This document shows, one piece after another, positions 16,507 to 28,901 of a DNA stretch of 46,696 nucleotides. The notes under the pieces were generated by a model. That model had not been told where the DNA came from, ran no database searches, and saw only the letters and a program-made list of their open reading frames with translations. A program made the translations under genes and the position numbers. The stretch is from positions 1 through 46,696 of the forward strand of contig JADHYK010000002.1 in assembly GCA_016782485.1 (NCBI GenBank). The letters run 5' to 3'. Within the stretch, counting starts at the first letter, position 1. Each line of letters starts with the position of its first letter. Source of the DNA: Candidatus Omnitrophota bacterium (GTDB lineage Bacteria > Omnitrophota > Gorgyraeia > Gygaellales > Profunditerraquicolaceae).

Positions 16507-18600
16507 CTAAGTTCTTCTGGTGCTCGTGCCCGCTAATCCTGTTATAATTTTCTCAGCTATATGTGAAGGCACCTGCGCGTAATGCGAGGGCTCCATTGTA
16601 TAAGATGCGCGGCCCTGAGTCAATGACCTCAATGACGTGGCATAATTGAATATCTCGGCCAAAGGGACGCTTGCCCTGACCGTACGCAAATTATGCCGTT
16701 GAGACAACGATGATATTTTAGCGCGCCGTGCACTCAAGTCTCCGATTACCTGCCCCATATATTCTTCGGGCACGATAATCTCAATGTCCATAATCGGCTC
16801 CATTAAAATCGGCCTGGCCTTCCTTAACCCCTCGGTAAAGCCGATGGAAGCCGCCATCTGAAAAGCCAGCTCTGAAGAATCGACTTCATGGAAAGAACCG
16901 TCTACCAGCGTTACCTTTACGTCTGTCACGGGGTAATTGGCCAATACGCCGCTCTTGGCAGCACCCATAACCCCCTGTTTTACCGACGGGATAAACTCCC
17001 GGGGAATCGCCCCGCTTTTAATTTTATCTTCAAAAGTAATGCCTGTGCCGGGAACCTCCTGCGGCTCCATCTCTAAAACCACATGCCCGTATTGCCCCCG
17101 CCCGCCGCTCTGCGAAATGAATTTACCGACCGAGGAGACTTTCTTTGTCAGTGTTTCGCGATAGGCGACCTGCGGCTGGCCGACCTGTGCCTCCACTTTA
17201 AATTCGCGCAATATCCGGTCTATAATGACCTCCAGGTGTAACTGTCCCATCCCGGCAATCAGGGTCTGCCCGGTCTCCTGATTATAGATAACCTTAAACG
17301 ATGGGTCTTCGTCTTCAAGCTTATGCAGCGCCATGCCTAACTTTTCCTGGGCATCCTTTGATTTGGGCTCCACTGCCTGCTGAATTACCGGCTCGGGGAA
17401 ACGCATCGCTTCGATCAAAATATGATTCTCCTGGGTGCAAAGCGTATCTCCGGTCTTGGTCTCCTTTAAGCCTACCGCAGCTGCGATATCCCCGCAAGAT
17501 ACGCTCTCTACAATCTCCTGGTGGTTAGCGTGCATCTTTACGATTTTTGCAACGCGCTCTCTTTCTCTCTTTGTAGCATTATATATATAGGAACCGGAAT
17601 TAAGCACACCCGAATAAACCCTGATATAATTAAGCTTACCCACAAAAGGGTCGGTGGCTACCTTAAAACAAAACGCGCAAAAAGGCGCTTCTTCCGAAGC
17701 AGTGATCTCTTCAAAATCTCCGCTGTCCGGATTTGTCCCTTTTATCGGAGGCAGGTCAACCGGAGAAGGCAGATAATCACAGACGGCGTCCAGGACCAGC
17801 TGAATGCCTTTATTCTTGAATGCCGAGCCGCACAAAACCGGGACAAATTTATTGGCAATAACGGTTCTGCGTATCGTTTCCTTAATCTCTTGCGCGGAAA
17901 TCTCTTTTCCCTGCAGGTAATCCTCCATAATCTTATCATCAACCTCTGCCAGCTTCTCAATCAGGATAGTGCGGTATTTCTCCACATCGCCATGAAGCTC
18001 CGGCGGTAGCGGCCTATCTTCAAACTCTTTACCCATGTCATCCGTATAAAACGTCAGTTTCTTATCGATCAGGTCAATCAGGCCCGCAAAATCACTCTCT
18101 TTGCCAAAAGGCAATTGGATTGCCGCGGCATTTGCCCCCAGCCTTTTATGTATCTGCTTTATTACCTGAAAAAAGTCGCTTCCGGTCCTGTCCATCTTGT
18201 TCACAAAGGCAATCCTGGGCACCTCGTATCTATCGGCCTGGCGCCATACTGTTTCCGACTGAGGCTCAACGCCCCCTACCGCGCAAAAAATAACCACCGC
18301 ACCGTCTAAAACCTTCAGAGACCTTTCTACTTCAATCGTAAAATCAACGTGGCCCGGCGTATCGATAACATTTATACTGATATCCCTCCAGATGCAGGTA
18401 GTAGCGGCAGAGGTTATGGTTATTCCTCTTTCCTGCTCCTGGACCATCCAGTCCATAGTTGCCGTCCCCTCATGAACCTCTCCAAGCTTATAGGTCTTTC
18501 CGGTATAATAAAGGATACGCTCGGTAGTGGTGGTCTTGCCGGCGTCTATATGCGCAATAATCCCGATGTTCCTAATTTTATCTAATGATATCTTTTTCAT
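16507..18600 (-). CDS. fusA: Elongation factor G
   Basis: 697 aa ORF with motifs AHIDAGKTT and DTPGHVDF. Confidence 0.98.
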   Translation of the reverse strand: MKKISLDKIRNIGIIAHIDAGKTTTTERILYYTGKTYKLGEVHEGTATMDWMVQEQERGITITSAATTCIWRDISINVIDTPGHVDFTIEVERSLKVLDGAVVIFCAVGGVEPQSETVWRQADRYEVPRIAFVNKMDRTGSDFFQVIKQIHKRLGANAAAIQLPFGKESDFAGLIDLIDKKLTFYTDDMGKEFEDRPLPPELHGDVEKYRTILIEKLAEVDDKIMEDYLQGKEISAQEIKETIRRTVIANKFVPVLCGSAFKNKGIQLVLDAVCDYLPSPVDLPPIKGTNPDSGDFEEITASEEAPFCAFCFKVATDPFVGKLNYIRVYSGVLNSGSYIYNATKRERERVAKIVKMHANHQEIVESVSCGDIAAAVGLKETKTGDTLCTQENHILIEAMRFPEPVIQQAVEPKSKDAQEKLGMALHKLEDEDPSFKVIYNQETGQTLIAGMGQLHLEVIIDRILREFKVEAQVGQPQVAYRETLTKKVSSVGKFISQSGGRGQYGHVVLEMEPQEVPGTGITFEDKIKSGAIPREFIPSVKQGVMGAAKSGVLANYPVTDVKVTLVDGSFHEVDSSELAFQMAASIGFTEGLRKARPILMEPIMDIEIIVPEEYMGQVIGDLSARRAKISSLSQRHNLRTVRASVPLAEIFNYATSLRSLTQGRASYTMEPSHYAQVPSHIAEKIITGLAGTSTRRT

Positions 18601-18607
18601 AATACGA

Positions 18608-18702
18608 TAGATCCTTCGCCCCGCCGTTGGCGGGACTCAGGATAACTTCGGTCATAAACTTATGTCGCTCTTCCAGAGCTCCATAAGTTTAGGCCTCACT
18701 TA
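18608..18702 (-). repeat. Composite element E2 in the rpsG|fusA spacer: PU-B copy 2 (18643-18702) plus PU-A (18608-18644)
   Basis: The mRNA reads TGG TAAGTGAGGCCTAAACTTATGG..CCGAAGTTATCCTGAGTCCCGCCAACGGCGGGGCGAAGGATCTA. Confidence 0.85.
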
Positions 18703-19170
18703 CCAACGGAAATGCGCAAAGGCCTTATTGGCCTCTGCCATTTTATGCGTATCGTCCCTTTTCTTTATCGCTGAACCTTCGCCTTTATAAGCGGCGACTA
18801 TCTCATCGGCAAGCTTTTCCTTCATCGGCCTGCCCTTTTTGCTCTTAGCGAAATCCCTGATCCAGCGCAGCGCTATGGAGGTGCCGCGTTCCTGCCTTAC
18901 CTCGACGGGGACCTGATAGGTCGCGCCACCCACGCGCCTGGGCTTTACTTCCAGGCGAGGCCTGGCATTATCCAACGCCTTATAAAAAATATTCAATATG
19001 TCCTGTTCATTGAGGTTCTTTTTTATTATTTCAAAAGCGCCGTAAACCATCTTTTCCGCAAGCGACTTCTTGCCTTTGAGCATAACCATGTTTATGAATT
19101 TTGCTACAATCTTGCTGTTAAACTTGGGATCTAAGATAACTTCTTTATTGGCTGTCCTTCTTCTTCTCAT
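18700..19170 (-). CDS. rpsG: 30S ribosomal protein S7
   Basis: 156 aa ORF in the str-operon position. The TAA stop is the first 3 nt of PU-B. Confidence 0.97.
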   Translation of the reverse strand: MRRRRTANKEVILDPKFNSKIVAKFINMVMLKGKKSLAEKMVYGAFEIIKKNLNEQDILNIFYKALDNARPRLEVKPRRVGGATYQVPVEVRQERGTSIALRWIRDFAKSKKGRPMKEKLADEIVAAYKGEGSAIKKRDDTHKMAEANKAFAHFRW

Positions 19171-19200
19171 GCTTCGACTCGCTCCTGACTTTTATTTTAA

Positions 19201-19246
19201 TACCAGCGCTCGCTCAGCATGACCCTCAAGCGCAGCGAATGGGTCA
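19201..19246 (-). repeat. Degenerate E2c in the rpsL|rpsG spacer: PU-C (19220-19246) plus a truncated PU-A
   Basis: The mRNA reads AAA TGACCC-ATTCGCTGCGCTTGA-GGGTCA TGCTGAGCGAGCGCTGG. Confidence 0.7.
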
Positions 19247-19615
19247 TTTAGGCCTCTTGGCTCCGTATTTAGAACGCGATTGCCTGCGCTGATTAACGCC
19301 CGCCGCATCCAATGTCCCGCGCACGATATGGTATCGCACGCCCGGCAGGTCCTTGACACGGCCTCCCCTTACCAGGACTATGGAATGCTCCTGAAGGTTA
19401 TGGCCTTCCCCCGGGATATAAGAGGTAACTTCTATGCCGGTAGTCAAACGGACCCTGGCAATCTTTCTTAACGCTGAATTCGGCTTCTTGGGGGTCATCG
19501 TGCGCACCTGAAGGCAAACCCCTCTCCTTTGCGGACAGGCCTTCAGGGCCGGTGACTTTGTCTTTTTTCTTTTCGAAATCCTGCCTGACCTTATTAACTG
19601 CGAAATTGTGGGCAT
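19244..19615 (-). CDS. rpsL: 30S ribosomal protein S12
   Basis: 123 aa ORF with MPTISQLIR and [10 protein letters not shown]. Confidence 0.98.
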   Translation of the reverse strand: MPTISQLIRSGRISKRKKTKSPALKACPQRRGVCLQVRTMTPKKPNSALRKIARVRLTTGIEVTSYIPGEGHNLQEHSIVLVRGGRVKDLPGVRYHIVRGTLDAAGVNQRRQSRSKYGAKRPK

Positions 19616-19617
19616 AA

Positions 19618-22600
19618 TTATTCTTTCTTCTCTTGGCTCTTTTTTAGGACTTCGATATCGCGGTGCGTATGAAATCCGGTCCCGGCCGGAATCAGGTGTC
19701 CGACGATAACGTTCTCCTTAAGGCCGAATAATTCGTCGCGTTTTCCTGATGTCGCTGCCTCGGTAAGCACGCGCGTAGTCTCCTGGAAGCTTGCCGCGGA
19801 GATAAAACTTTCCGTGGTCAGCGATGCCTTGGTAATTCCCAGTAATAAAGGCGTTGCCTGTGCAGGCTTGCCGCCCTTTTTTATCACCCGCGAATTCTCT
19901 TTCTGGAACTTCCATTTATCCACCTGCTGTGTAGCCAGGAATTCGGTATCGCCCGGGTCCTCTATCCTTATCTTCTTTAGCATCTGCCTGATAATCAACT
20001 CTATATGTTTATCGTTAATACGCACACCCTGCAGCCTGTATACCTCCTGAACCTCATTGACCAGATATTCCTGCAGGACTTTATCGCCACAGACTCTTAA
20101 TATGTCCTGTAAAACAACCGGCCCGTCGGTCAGCTGCTGCCCGGCAATAACCTTATCCCCCTTATAAACATTGGGATGTTTGCCGTGCGGAATCACGTAT
20201 TCTCTCTGCATACCGGTGGTAGATTTAACCACAATTACGCGCTGGCCCTTTTTGGTCTCGCCAAATTCCACAAAACCGTCTATTTCGCTGATTACCGCCG
20301 GGTCTTTGGGCCGCCTGGCTTCAAATAACTCCGCAACGCGCGGAAGGCCGCCGGTAATATCCCTGGTCTTTACTACCGAGCGCGGGATCTTGGCTAAAAG
20401 CTCCCCGGCGTTGACCTTGTCCCCGTCTTTTACCAGAATATGCGCTCCTATGGGAATCGGATAAATCCCGAGTACCTCTTTGGCCGCATCCAATATTAAT
20501 ATTGAAGGATGGTAATCCTGTTTGTGTTCGACAACGACGCGTTCGCTCAGCTTTGTTACCGGATTTAACTCTTCCCTTACGCTAACGCCCTCGCGCAAGT
20601 CCTCATATTTTACCTGGCCGTCGACTTCCGTAAGAACCGGCAGGGTATAAGGGTCCCAGCGCACAAAGGCAACGCCCTTTGGCACTTCCTGGCCGTCGGC
20701 AATACTGATAAATGCGCCCTGCGAAACAGTATAACGCTCAAGCTCCCTCCCCTGTTTATCATTTATGCTGATTGAGCCGTTCCTGTTTAAGACTACAAAT
20801 TCCTTGCTCCTGTGCGCAACCCTTAAATTATGGTATCTAAGCGTACCCTTGTTTTTAGATTTTATAAATGACTGCTCGATGATTCTGGAGGCGGTCCCTC
20901 CGATATGAAAGGTCCTCATGGTCAGCTGCGTGCCGGGTTCGCCGATACTCTGCGCCGCAATTACCCCCACGGCCTCGCCCAATTCTACAAGCCTGCCGCT
21001 GGCAAGGTTCCTGCCGTAGCACATGGTGCAAACACCCCTGCCTGATTCACAGGTTAATACGCTGCGGATGCGGATCTTCTCTATCCCCAGCTTCTCGATC
21101 ATCTCCGCCTTCTCTTCCGAAATCTCATGCCCGGCCTCCACTATAACCTCGTCGGTAATAATATCCACGATATTATCCAGTGCCACCCTGCCGACGATAC
21201 GGTCTTTGAGGCTGACTACTTCTTCGTCCCCTTCGATAATCGCAGAAACCGTAATCCCGTTAAGGGTACCGCAGTCAAGTTCGGCCACGATGACCTCCTG
21301 TGCGACGTCTACCAGCCTGCGGGTCAGATACCCTGCATCCGCGGTCTTAAGCGCGGTATCGGCAAGGCCCTTGCGTGCGCCGTGGGTGGAGATAAAATAC
21401 TCCAGAACATTCAACCCCTCCCTGAAGTTTGCGGTAATCGGACTTTCAATGATTTCTCCGGAGGGCTTTGCCATCAGCCCGCGCATACCGGCCAGCTGCC
21501 TTATCTGCAGCCGCGAACCCCTTGCCCCGGAATCGGCCATCATAAAAATGGGATTAAACGCATCCATCCCCTGGAATAATAAATCGGAAACCTTATCCGT
21601 TGCATGCGTCCAGATATCGATGACCTTTGATTTACGTTCGCTGTCGGTAATAATCCCCTTGTGGTATTGCTCCTCGACTTTAACCACTTCGCTTTTTGCT
21701 TCCTTAAGGACCGCGCCCTTTTCCTTGGGGACCTGAAGGTCGTCTATGCCGATGGAAATCCCCCCGAGCGTCCCCATCTCAAACCCCAGCCTCTTCATAT
21801 CGTCAAGTAATTTGACGGTGGTGTTCTGGCCGAACCTCTTGTAACATTCCACCACGATATCGCCGACCCGGTTTTTATTCAATTCCCTGTTTACAAAACC
21901 GAAACCCTGCGGCAGGGACTGGCTGAAGATGACCCTGCCGACGGTGGTTTCAATGAGTTGTTTTCCCGCGATGAATTTTCTCGTTTCCATGTCGAAGACA
22001 CCGTCAACCCTTACCTTTATCTTTGCGTGTAAATCCACGGCTTTATCATCGTAAGCGATTATGACTTCGTCACAGTTGGAGAAAACCTTGCCCTCTCCCT
22101 TTGCTCCTGCTTTTTCCTTGCAGATGTAGGAAACACCTAAGACAATATCCTGTGTGGGGGTAACGACCGGCCTTCCGTCTGCCGGAGAGAAGATATTGTT
22201 TATGGAAAGCATTAAAATCTTGGCTTCCAGCTGAGATTCCAGCGATAACGGTACGTGTACCGCCATCTGGTCGCCGTCAAAATCAGCGTTAAAGGCAGTG
22301 CAGACAAAAGGGTGGATCTTTATTGACTTGCCCTCTATCAGGCGCGGCTGAAATGCCTGTATGCCCAAACGGTGCAGGGTAGGGGCGCGGTTTAAAAGCA
22401 CGGGGTGATCCCTGATTACTTCGTCCAGTATATCCCAGACCTCGATTTTGCCGCGTTCGACCATTCTGCGTGCGCCCTTTATGGTATGCACAAAACCCTT
22501 CTCTTTTAGCTTCTTGATAATAAAAGGCTCGAATAATTCCAGGGCCATCTGTTTAGGCAGTCCGCATTCGTGAAGTTTAAGCTCCGGGCCCACCACGATA

Positions 22601-23631
22601 ACCGAACGGCCGGAATAATCTACGCGCTTGCCCAAAAGGTTCTGCCTGAACCTGCCCTGTTTTCCTTTAAGCATGTCGGAAAGCGACTTCAACGGACGGT
22701 TATTGGCGCCGTTCACCGGCTTTCCGTGCCTGCCGTTATCCAACAGGGCATCAACGGATTCCTGAAGCATACGCTTCTCATTACGGATAATTATCTCGGG
22801 CGCACTTAATTCCATAAGCTTCTTCAGGCGGTTATTCCGGTTAATAACGCGGCGGTACAGGTCATTCAGGTCTGAAGTGGCAAACCTGCCGCCGTCTAAG
22901 GGAACCAGCGGCCTTAAGTCCGGCGGGATTACCGGAAGCACCTCCAGAACCATCCACTCCGGCCTGTTGCCGGATTTTTTAAAATCTTCGACGATTTTCA
23001 GGCTCTTCAACCCCTTCATGCTTCCGGGGGCATCTTTAGACTTGGAAAGGTCACGGCGCAGCTTACGGCACTGCGCATCAATTTCAAGCTCCTTCAATAA
23101 ATCCCTTATTGCCTCGGCGCCGATTTTGGCCTTGAAACCCGCACCGAACTTCTCCAATGCCTTCTGATATTCCTCCTCGCTAAGCAACTGCTTTTTTTTG
23201 AGGCTGCTGGTGCCGGGGTCGATTACCACGTACTCCTCATAATAAATTATTTTTTCCAGGTCCCTTAAACCGATATCCAGGAGAGCCGACATCCTGCTGG
23301 GAACCGCCTTAAAAAACCAGATATGCGTGACGGCAGAGGCTAATTCAATGTGGCCCATCCGTTCGCGCCTTACCGAAGAGCGGTCTACGGTAACTCCGCA
23401 ACGGTCACAGGTTATCCCTTTGAACTTTATACCTTTATATTTGCCGCAGTTACACTCCCAGTCGCGGACCGGCCCGAAAATCTTCTCGCAGAATAACCCG
23501 TCTTTTTCGGGTTTAAGCGTGCGGTAGTTAATCGTCTCTGCTTTTTTTACCTCTCCCTTAGACCAGGACTTGATCACCTGGGGAGAAGCGATTTTTATGG
23601 AAATACTATCAAATAAGACTACCTCGTCCAT
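19618..23631 (-). CDS. rpoC: DNA-directed RNA polymerase subunit beta prime
   Basis: 1337 aa ORF with the NADFDGD catalytic motif and an N-terminal zinc-binding cysteine cluster. Confidence 0.98.
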   Translation of the reverse strand: MDEVVLFDSISIKIASPQVIKSWSKGEVKKAETINYRTLKPEKDGLFCEKIFGPVRDWECNCGKYKGIKFKGITCDRCGVTVDRSSVRRERMGHIELASAVTHIWFFKAVPSRMSALLDIGLRDLEKIIYYEEYVVIDPGTSSLKKKQLLSEEEYQKALEKFGAGFKAKIGAEAIRDLLKELEIDAQCRKLRRDLSKSKDAPGSMKGLKSLKIVEDFKKSGNRPEWMVLEVLPVIPPDLRPLVPLDGGRFATSDLNDLYRRVINRNNRLKKLMELSAPEIIIRNEKRMLQESVDALLDNGRHGKPVNGANNRPLKSLSDMLKGKQGRFRQNLLGKRVDYSGRSVIVVGPELKLHECGLPKQMALELFEPFIIKKLKEKGFVHTIKGARRMVERGKIEVWDILDEVIRDHPVLLNRAPTLHRLGIQAFQPRLIEGKSIKIHPFVCTAFNADFDGDQMAVHVPLSLESQLEAKILMLSINNIFSPADGRPVVTPTQDIVLGVSYICKEKAGAKGEGKVFSNCDEVIIAYDDKAVDLHAKIKVRVDGVFDMETRKFIAGKQLIETTVGRVIFSQSLPQGFGFVNRELNKNRVGDIVVECYKRFGQNTTVKLLDDMKRLGFEMGTLGGISIGIDDLQVPKEKGAVLKEAKSEVVKVEEQYHKGIITDSERKSKVIDIWTHATDKVSDLLFQGMDAFNPIFMMADSGARGSRLQIRQLAGMRGLMAKPSGEIIESPITANFREGLNVLEYFISTHGARKGLADTALKTADAGYLTRRLVDVAQEVIVAELDCGTLNGITVSAIIEGDEEVVSLKDRIVGRVALDNIVDIITDEVIVEAGHEISEEKAEMIEKLGIEKIRIRSVLTCESGRGVCTMCYGRNLASGRLVELGEAVGVIAAQSIGEPGTQLTMRTFHIGGTASRIIEQSFIKSKNKGTLRYHNLRVAHRSKEFVVLNRNGSISINDKQGRELERYTVSQGAFISIADGQEVPKGVAFVRWDPYTLPVLTEVDGQVKYEDLREGVSVREELNPVTKLSERVVVEHKQDYHPSILILDAAKEVLGIYPIPIGAHILVKDGDKVNAGELLAKIPRSVVKTRDITGGLPRVAELFEARRPKDPAVISEIDGFVEFGETKKGQRVIVVKSTTGMQREYVIPHGKHPNVYKGDKVIAGQQLTDGPVVLQDILRVCGDKVLQEYLVNEVQEVYRLQGVRINDKHIELIIRQMLKKIRIEDPGDTEFLATQQVDKWKFQKENSRVIKKGGKPAQATPLLLGITKASLTTESFISAASFQETTRVLTEAATSGKRDELFGLKENVIVGHLIPAGTGFHTHRDIEVLKKSQEKKE

Positions 23632-23642
23632 ATCTTTATCTA

Positions 23643-23743
23643 AGGTCCTTCGCTTGACTTCTCTTAAATTCTCTGCGTAAGCTCAGGATAAGTTCGGGCA
23701 TAAACTTATGTTCACTTCGTTCCATAAATTTAGCCCTCACTTA
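23643..23743 (-). repeat. Composite element E2 in the rpoB|rpoC spacer: PU-B copy 3 (23689-23743) plus PU-A (23643-23690)
   Basis: The mRNA reads AAG TGA within TAAGTGAGGGCTAAATTTATGGAACGAAGTGAACATAAGTTTATGCCCGAACTTATCCTGAGC..GCGAAGGACCTTA. Confidence 0.85.
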
Positions 23744-26700
23744 CTTTTCTCCGTTTTGATATCCAGGCATAATCCCTGCAGTTCCTTTATTAAAACATTA
23801 AAGGATTCCGGTGTCCCGTGGGTCAGGCGCTGCTCGCCTTTAACGATGGCTTCGTATATGCGGGTCCTGCCTGAAACGTCATCGCTTTTTACGGTGAGCA
23901 TCTCTTGCAGGGTAAATGCCGCCCCGTATGCCTCCAGTGCCCAGACCTCCATCTCGCCCAGCCTCTGGCCGCCAAACTGCGCCTTGCCTCCGAGGGGCTG
24001 CTGGGTTACCAGAGAATACGGGCCGATAGAGCGGGCATGAATCTTTTCATCAACCAGATGAATTAATTTCATAATGTAAATATACCCGATGGTTATTCTG
24101 TGGTCAAATGGTTCTCCCGAGTAGCCGTCATAAAGAACGGTCTTGCCGTCCTGGTCTAACCCCGCTTTTTTAAGCATCTCTTTGATTTCATCTTCCCTGG
24201 CGCCGTCAAACACAGGGCAGCCGACATATAACCCAAGGACTCTGGCAGCCCACCCCAGATGCGCCTCCAGGATTTGGCCGACATTCATACGCGAAGGCAC
24301 GCCTAATGGATTCAATACTATTTCCACGGGAGTCCCATCCGGCAGATAAGGCATATCTTCCTCGGGGAGTATCCTGGCCACCACGCCTTTGTTCCCGTGC
24401 CTGCCTGCCAGCTTATCGCCCTCTGATAATCTGCGCTTCGTGGCGATATAGACAACTACCCTCTTTAATACTCCGGGCGGCAATTCATCCCCTCTTTTTA
24501 CCTTTTCTATCTCCTGCTCCTCTTCGGATAAGAGCTCCTGAATCTGATTATCAAAGGAGGCAGCCAGAATCTTTGCCTCTTCATTATCGCTGAAATCCGC
24601 TTTCTCCAGTTTATTCTTATCTATGCCTAAAAGCTGGCATAGGCGCGTCTGGCGCTCCTTCTGCACAAATTCTATCTCCTGCTTGTAGTAGGCCTTTAAT
24701 TCCTTAATCTTTACCTGCTCCTTGGCTTTTTCCTCTTTTGATTTTCTGCCGCGCTCCTTGCGTTGGAATACATGGACGTCTATTGCCACGCCCTCGACGC
24801 CCGGAGTAACGGTCAATGAAGAATCGCGGACATCCCCTGCCTTTTCTCCGAAAATAGCCCGCAGCAACCTTTCTTCGGGCGAAGGCTCTACGTCAGTCTT
24901 GGGGGTAATTTTTCCCACCAGTATGTCCCCGGGCCCGATTTCCGCCCCGATGCGGATCACGCCCGATTCGTCCAGGTTTCTAAGGGAGTCTTCGCTTACA
25001 TTAGGTATATCACGGGTTATTTCTTCGTTTCCCAGGCGGGTTTCGGTTGCCTCAATTTCAAATTCTTCTATATGTATAGAGGTAAATGTATCCTCTTTGA
25101 CCAGTTTATTGCTGATCAGTATCGCATCTTCAAAATTGTAGCCTCTCCAGGGCATAAAGGCGCAAAGCACATTCTTGCCAAGGGCGAGCTCTCCCTGCTG
25201 TGTGCTTATACCGTCGGCAATAATATCGCCCTTTTCAACATGCTGGCCCAATTTAACCAGCGGCCGCTGATTCAGGCAGGTATCGGCGTTGGTACGCAAA
25301 AATTTATTCAGGTGGTAGGTATGTTTACCGATAATGATTACCGTAGAATCAAGATAGGTTACCCTCCCGGAATTTTCCGCGGTTATTACCGAACCTGAAT
25401 CGCGCGCAACCTTTTCCTCCATTTCAGTACCCACTAAAGGCGCCTCGGTTATCATCAGGGGTACAGCCTGGCGCTGCATATTTGAACCCATCAGCGCACG
25501 GTTGGCGTCGTCATGTTCCAGGAAGGGAATTAAAGATGCCGCCACCGAAACCAGCTGTTTCGGAGAAACATCCATGTATTCAACTTGTTTGGCCAATACT
25601 TTAGGGAAATCGTTTTTATAACGGCAGGATACTTCGCGCTCTACAAAATGGCCTTCGTTATCCAGCGGGACATTGGCCTGGGCAACGACCTTATCCTCTT
25701 CGATATCGGCAGTCAAATACTCAATTCTTTTTGTAACCCGGCTGTCTTGGACCTTTCGGTAAGGGGTCTCAAGCAGCCCCAGCGGGTTGACCCTGGCAAA
25801 AGTACTTAAGGAGGCAATCAAACCGATATTCGGGCCTTCGGGAGTCTCGATAGGGCAAACCCTGCCGTAATGAGAGGGATGAATATCTCTGACTTCAAAG
25901 CCGGCTCGTTCACGGGATAACCCTCCCGGCCCCAATGCACTTAATCTTCTCTTATGGGTTATCTCTGCCAGGGGATTTACCTGGTCCATAAACTGGGACA
26001 ATTGACTGCGGCCAAAAAAGTCACGAATCTGGTTGGATAATAATTTCGAATTAATAAGGTAATGGACATTGAGATTATCGAGTTCTCCCAGCAGGCTCAG
26101 GCGCTCCCTCATTGAACGCTCTACGCGCGCAAGGCCAATCCTGATCTGGTTCTGGATTAATTCGCCAACCGTCTTGACGCGGCGGTTACCGAGATGGTCT
26201 ATATCGTCGATTTTGCCGATGCCTTCCTTTAATTTAATCAGGTATTCTATGGCCTTTATAACGGTTGCGGAATCCAGAATCCTTTTTTCAAGCGAAACAT
26301 CCATCCCTAATTTTCTGTTTAAGATAAACCTTCCGGCACGCTCCAGGTCATACCTGGCCGGGTCAAAAAATAATCTGTAAAATAAGGCCTCGGCTGTCTC
26401 CTTGGTCACCGGTTCCGTCGGCCGCATCTTGCGGTAAAAATCAAGATAGGCCTCTTCTTTATTCCTGGTACTATCCTTATTTAAGGTATTGGCGATCTCG
26501 GGATATTCCTTGCCGAAAGCCCTGATGATATCCGTATCCTCGGAGAATCCGAGTATCCTTAAAATCTGGGTGGCGGGAAAATTCCTGCGTCTGTCGACAT
26601 AAGCCAGGATGTTGTCTGAAAGGTCATATTTGAATTCCAGCCATGCCCCGCGGTAGGGGATAATCCTGGCGTAAAATATCTTTTTGCCCGTAGGATGCTC

Positions 26701-27141
26701 CTCTTCCTCGAATGAAATTCCCGGAGAACGCTGTAACTGGCTTACCACCACACGCTCATCCCCGTTTATTATAAAAGTCCCCTTATCTGTCATCAACGGC
26801 AAGTCGCCGAAATAGGCATCCTGCTCTTTGGTCTCTTTGGGGGTGGTCAACCTGAAGCGCACCTTAAGGGGCGCAGCGTAAGTCAGTGCCCTGATTTTGG
26901 ACTCATTCATGGTATATTTATGCTTTCCCAGCGAGTAACTGATAAACTCCAGCTTTACCGAACGGTCTGCATTCTCAACCGGAAATATCTCCTCAAAAAC
27001 CTCCTGCAACCCCTGGCGTTTTCTTTCCCGGGCAGAAACCTCCATCTGTAAGAACTCGCGATAAGCATCAAGTTGCACTTCCAGAAGGTTGGGAAGCTGA
27101 TAAACTTCTTTGAGTTTAGCGAAACTCTTGCGTTTTATCAT
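23737..27141 (-). CDS. rpoB: DNA-directed RNA polymerase subunit beta
   Basis: 1134 aa ORF with conserved beta regions ([16 protein letters not shown]). The stop is the TGA inside the PU-B terminus TAAGTGAGG. Confidence 0.98.
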   Translation of the reverse strand: MIKRKSFAKLKEVYQLPNLLEVQLDAYREFLQMEVSARERKRQGLQEVFEEIFPVENADRSVKLEFISYSLGKHKYTMNESKIRALTYAAPLKVRFRLTTPKETKEQDAYFGDLPLMTDKGTFIINGDERVVVSQLQRSPGISFEEEEHPTGKKIFYARIIPYRGAWLEFKYDLSDNILAYVDRRRNFPATQILRILGFSEDTDIIRAFGKEYPEIANTLNKDSTRNKEEAYLDFYRKMRPTEPVTKETAEALFYRLFFDPARYDLERAGRFILNRKLGMDVSLEKRILDSATVIKAIEYLIKLKEGIGKIDDIDHLGNRRVKTVGELIQNQIRIGLARVERSMRERLSLLGELDNLNVHYLINSKLLSNQIRDFFGRSQLSQFMDQVNPLAEITHKRRLSALGPGGLSRERAGFEVRDIHPSHYGRVCPIETPEGPNIGLIASLSTFARVNPLGLLETPYRKVQDSRVTKRIEYLTADIEEDKVVAQANVPLDNEGHFVEREVSCRYKNDFPKVLAKQVEYMDVSPKQLVSVAASLIPFLEHDDANRALMGSNMQRQAVPLMITEAPLVGTEMEEKVARDSGSVITAENSGRVTYLDSTVIIIGKHTYHLNKFLRTNADTCLNQRPLVKLGQHVEKGDIIADGISTQQGELALGKNVLCAFMPWRGYNFEDAILISNKLVKEDTFTSIHIEEFEIEATETRLGNEEITRDIPNVSEDSLRNLDESGVIRIGAEIGPGDILVGKITPKTDVEPSPEERLLRAIFGEKAGDVRDSSLTVTPGVEGVAIDVHVFQRKERGRKSKEEKAKEQVKIKELKAYYKQEIEFVQKERQTRLCQLLGIDKNKLEKADFSDNEEAKILAASFDNQIQELLSEEEQEIEKVKRGDELPPGVLKRVVVYIATKRRLSEGDKLAGRHGNKGVVARILPEEDMPYLPDGTPVEIVLNPLGVPSRMNVGQILEAHLGWAARVLGLYVGCPVFDGAREDEIKEMLKKAGLDQDGKTVLYDGYSGEPFDHRITIGYIYIMKLIHLVDEKIHARSIGPYSLVTQQPLGGKAQFGGQRLGEMEVWALEAYGAAFTLQEMLTVKSDDVSGRTRIYEAIVKGEQRLTHGTPESFNVLIKELQGLCLDIKTEKSK

Positions 27142-27146
27142 ATGTG

Positions 27147-27536
27147 CTATTTTAGCTCAACTGTGGCGCCGGCAGCTTCAAGTTTCTTTTTCATATCCTG
27201 AGCCTCTTCCTTGGTCGCGCCTTCTTTTACCGGTTTTGGCGCAGCATCCACGAGATCCTTGGCTTCTTTTAAGCCCAGGCTGGTCATAGTCCTTACTTCC
27301 TTTATGACCGCAATCTTATTTGCGCCTGCACTAACCAAAACTACAGTAAAAGCGCTCTTTTCTTCCTCCGCTGCCGCAGCAGCTCCGCCAGCCGCAGCAC
27401 CGGGTGCGACAGCAACTATTGGCATATTGGCCTTTACGTCAAACTTCTCTTCCAGGGCCTTGACTAAATCCGAAAGCTCTAATACGCTCATAGCTTCGAT
27501 GGATTTAATCAGCTCCTCTAATTTCACAGCAGCCAT
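27147..27536 (-). CDS. rplL: 50S ribosomal protein L7/L12
   Basis: 129 aa ORF with an Ala-rich hinge and a conserved C-terminal domain. AAGGAGG SD. Confidence 0.97.
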   Translation of the reverse strand: MAAVKLEELIKSIEAMSVLELSDLVKALEEKFDVKANMPIVAVAPGAAAGGAAAAAEEEKSAFTVVLVSAGANKIAVIKEVRTMTSLGLKEAKDLVDAAPKPVKEGATKEEAQDMKKKLEAAGATVELK

Positions 27537-27552
27537 TTTATTTTCCTCCTTA

Positions 27553-27664
27553 AATGAGCGCTTGATTTACGAGCATGACAATGCGAGTAAGTCAATGCGC
27601 GAATTTATCCCGAGTCCCTCGCGCCATAACAAAAATATAATATGCGCTCGGGACGAGGGATCTA
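27553..27664 (-). repeat. Composite element E1 in the rplJ|rplL spacer: PU-A variant (27607-27664, contains the rplJ TAG stop) plus hairpin H copy 5 (helix 27558-27600)
   Basis: The mRNA reads CAA TAG ATCCCTCGTCCCGAGCGC..GGCGCGAGGGACTCGGGATAAATTC-H-CTCATTTAAGGAGGAAAATAA ATG. Confidence 0.85.
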
Positions 27665-28213
27665 TTGAGCTTCTCCTTCTGGTTTTTCGTTTGCCTTTTT
27701 TTCCTTTATCTGGTCTAAGCAATAAACAAATTTCCTGATTATCTGGCTCAATGCCATGACTAGGCCTGAGATGGGGGCATTTAATGTCATAACCAGCTGC
27801 GCCCTTAAAATCTCTTTGGAGGGCAGGCGGGCCATTGATTCAATGTCCTTGCCTGCCAGAACCTTGTCCTTTAAGAATCCGCTTTCTAAGATAAACTTCT
27901 CATGTCCCTTTTTGAAGTCGCAGAGAATTTTAGAGGTAACTACCGGATCCTCCTTGATAAACACCAGCCCGCATGGCCCCTCTACGCTTGTAACCAGGGA
28001 ATCGTAGCCGGAATTTTTCAGTGCCCGCCTGGCCACGCTGTTTTTTACCACAAAAAAAGAGCCATTTTGCCCTTTTAGGCTCTGCCTCAAGACACTTAAA
28101 TCAGGTCCGGAAACCCCCGCATGTTTTATAATAAGGAAGGCCTCGGATTTTTTAAGGCGGTCTTTAATAATGCTTTCGGACGTCTCTTTAAATAAAGGCC
28201 CCAGTTTTTTCAT
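27662..28213 (-). CDS. rplJ: 50S ribosomal protein L10
   Basis: 183 aa ORF between rplA and rplL. Confidence 0.93.
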   Translation of the reverse strand: MKKLGPLFKETSESIIKDRLKKSEAFLIIKHAGVSGPDLSVLRQSLKGQNGSFFVVKNSVARRALKNSGYDSLVTSVEGPCGLVFIKEDPVVTSKILCDFKKGHEKFILESGFLKDKVLAGKDIESMARLPSKEILRAQLVMTLNAPISGLVMALSQIIRKFVYCLDQIKEKKANEKPEGEAQ

Positions 28214-28215
28214 AG

Positions 28216-28890
28216 TTAAACCGAAAGTTTAAGCCCCGGATTCATCGAGGTGGCAATCCAGAGGCTGCGGATAAATTTACCCTTAACCGAAGCCGGGCGC
28301 GCCTCATTTATTGCCTCTATGACCCGAGAGGCGTTCTCGTATAGTTTATCTTCGCTGAAAGATACCTTGCCCACGGAAAGATGAATCCCTGCCTGTTTAT
28401 CAATACGAAACTCTACCTTGCCTTTTCTTACGTCTTCCACTGCCTTCGTGATATCCTTGGTTACCGTGCCGGTTTTAGGGCTGGGCATCAAGCCGCGGGG
28501 CCCTAAAATTTTTCCCAGTTTACTTAACTCCTTCATCATATCCGGCGTAGCGATGGCACAGTCAAAATCAAGAAAACCTGCCGCTACTTTATCTATTAAT
28601 TCATTGCCTCCTACGTAATCCGCCTGGACGTCCCTGGCGACCTTCTCGTCTTCGCCCTTGCAGAAAACCGCAACCCTTACTTTCTTGCCCGTGCCGTGAG
28701 GAAGCACCACCGTTCCGCGGACCATCTGGTCCGAATTCTTAACGTCTACATTCAGATGATAATGCAGGTCTACGGAACTGTCGAATTTCGGCAGAGGCAT
28801 CTTCTTTAGTATCAAAATGGCATCCTTTAACTGGTAGGCCGTGTTTTTTTCGGCCTGTTTTTCCGACTCTCTATATCTTTTGCTCGCCAT
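28216..28890 (-). CDS. rplA: 50S ribosomal protein L1
   Basis: 224 aa ORF in the L11-operon position. Confidence 0.96.
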   Translation of the reverse strand: MASKRYRESEKQAEKNTAYQLKDAILILKKMPLPKFDSSVDLHYHLNVDVKNSDQMVRGTVVLPHGTGKKVRVAVFCKGEDEKVARDVQADYVGGNELIDKVAAGFLDFDCAIATPDMMKELSKLGKILGPRGLMPSPKTGTVTKDITKAVEDVRKGKVEFRIDKQAGIHLSVGKVSFSEDKLYENASRVIEAINEARPASVKGKFIRSLWIATSMNPGLKLSV

Positions 28891-28901
28891 CTTTAGCCGC
28901 C

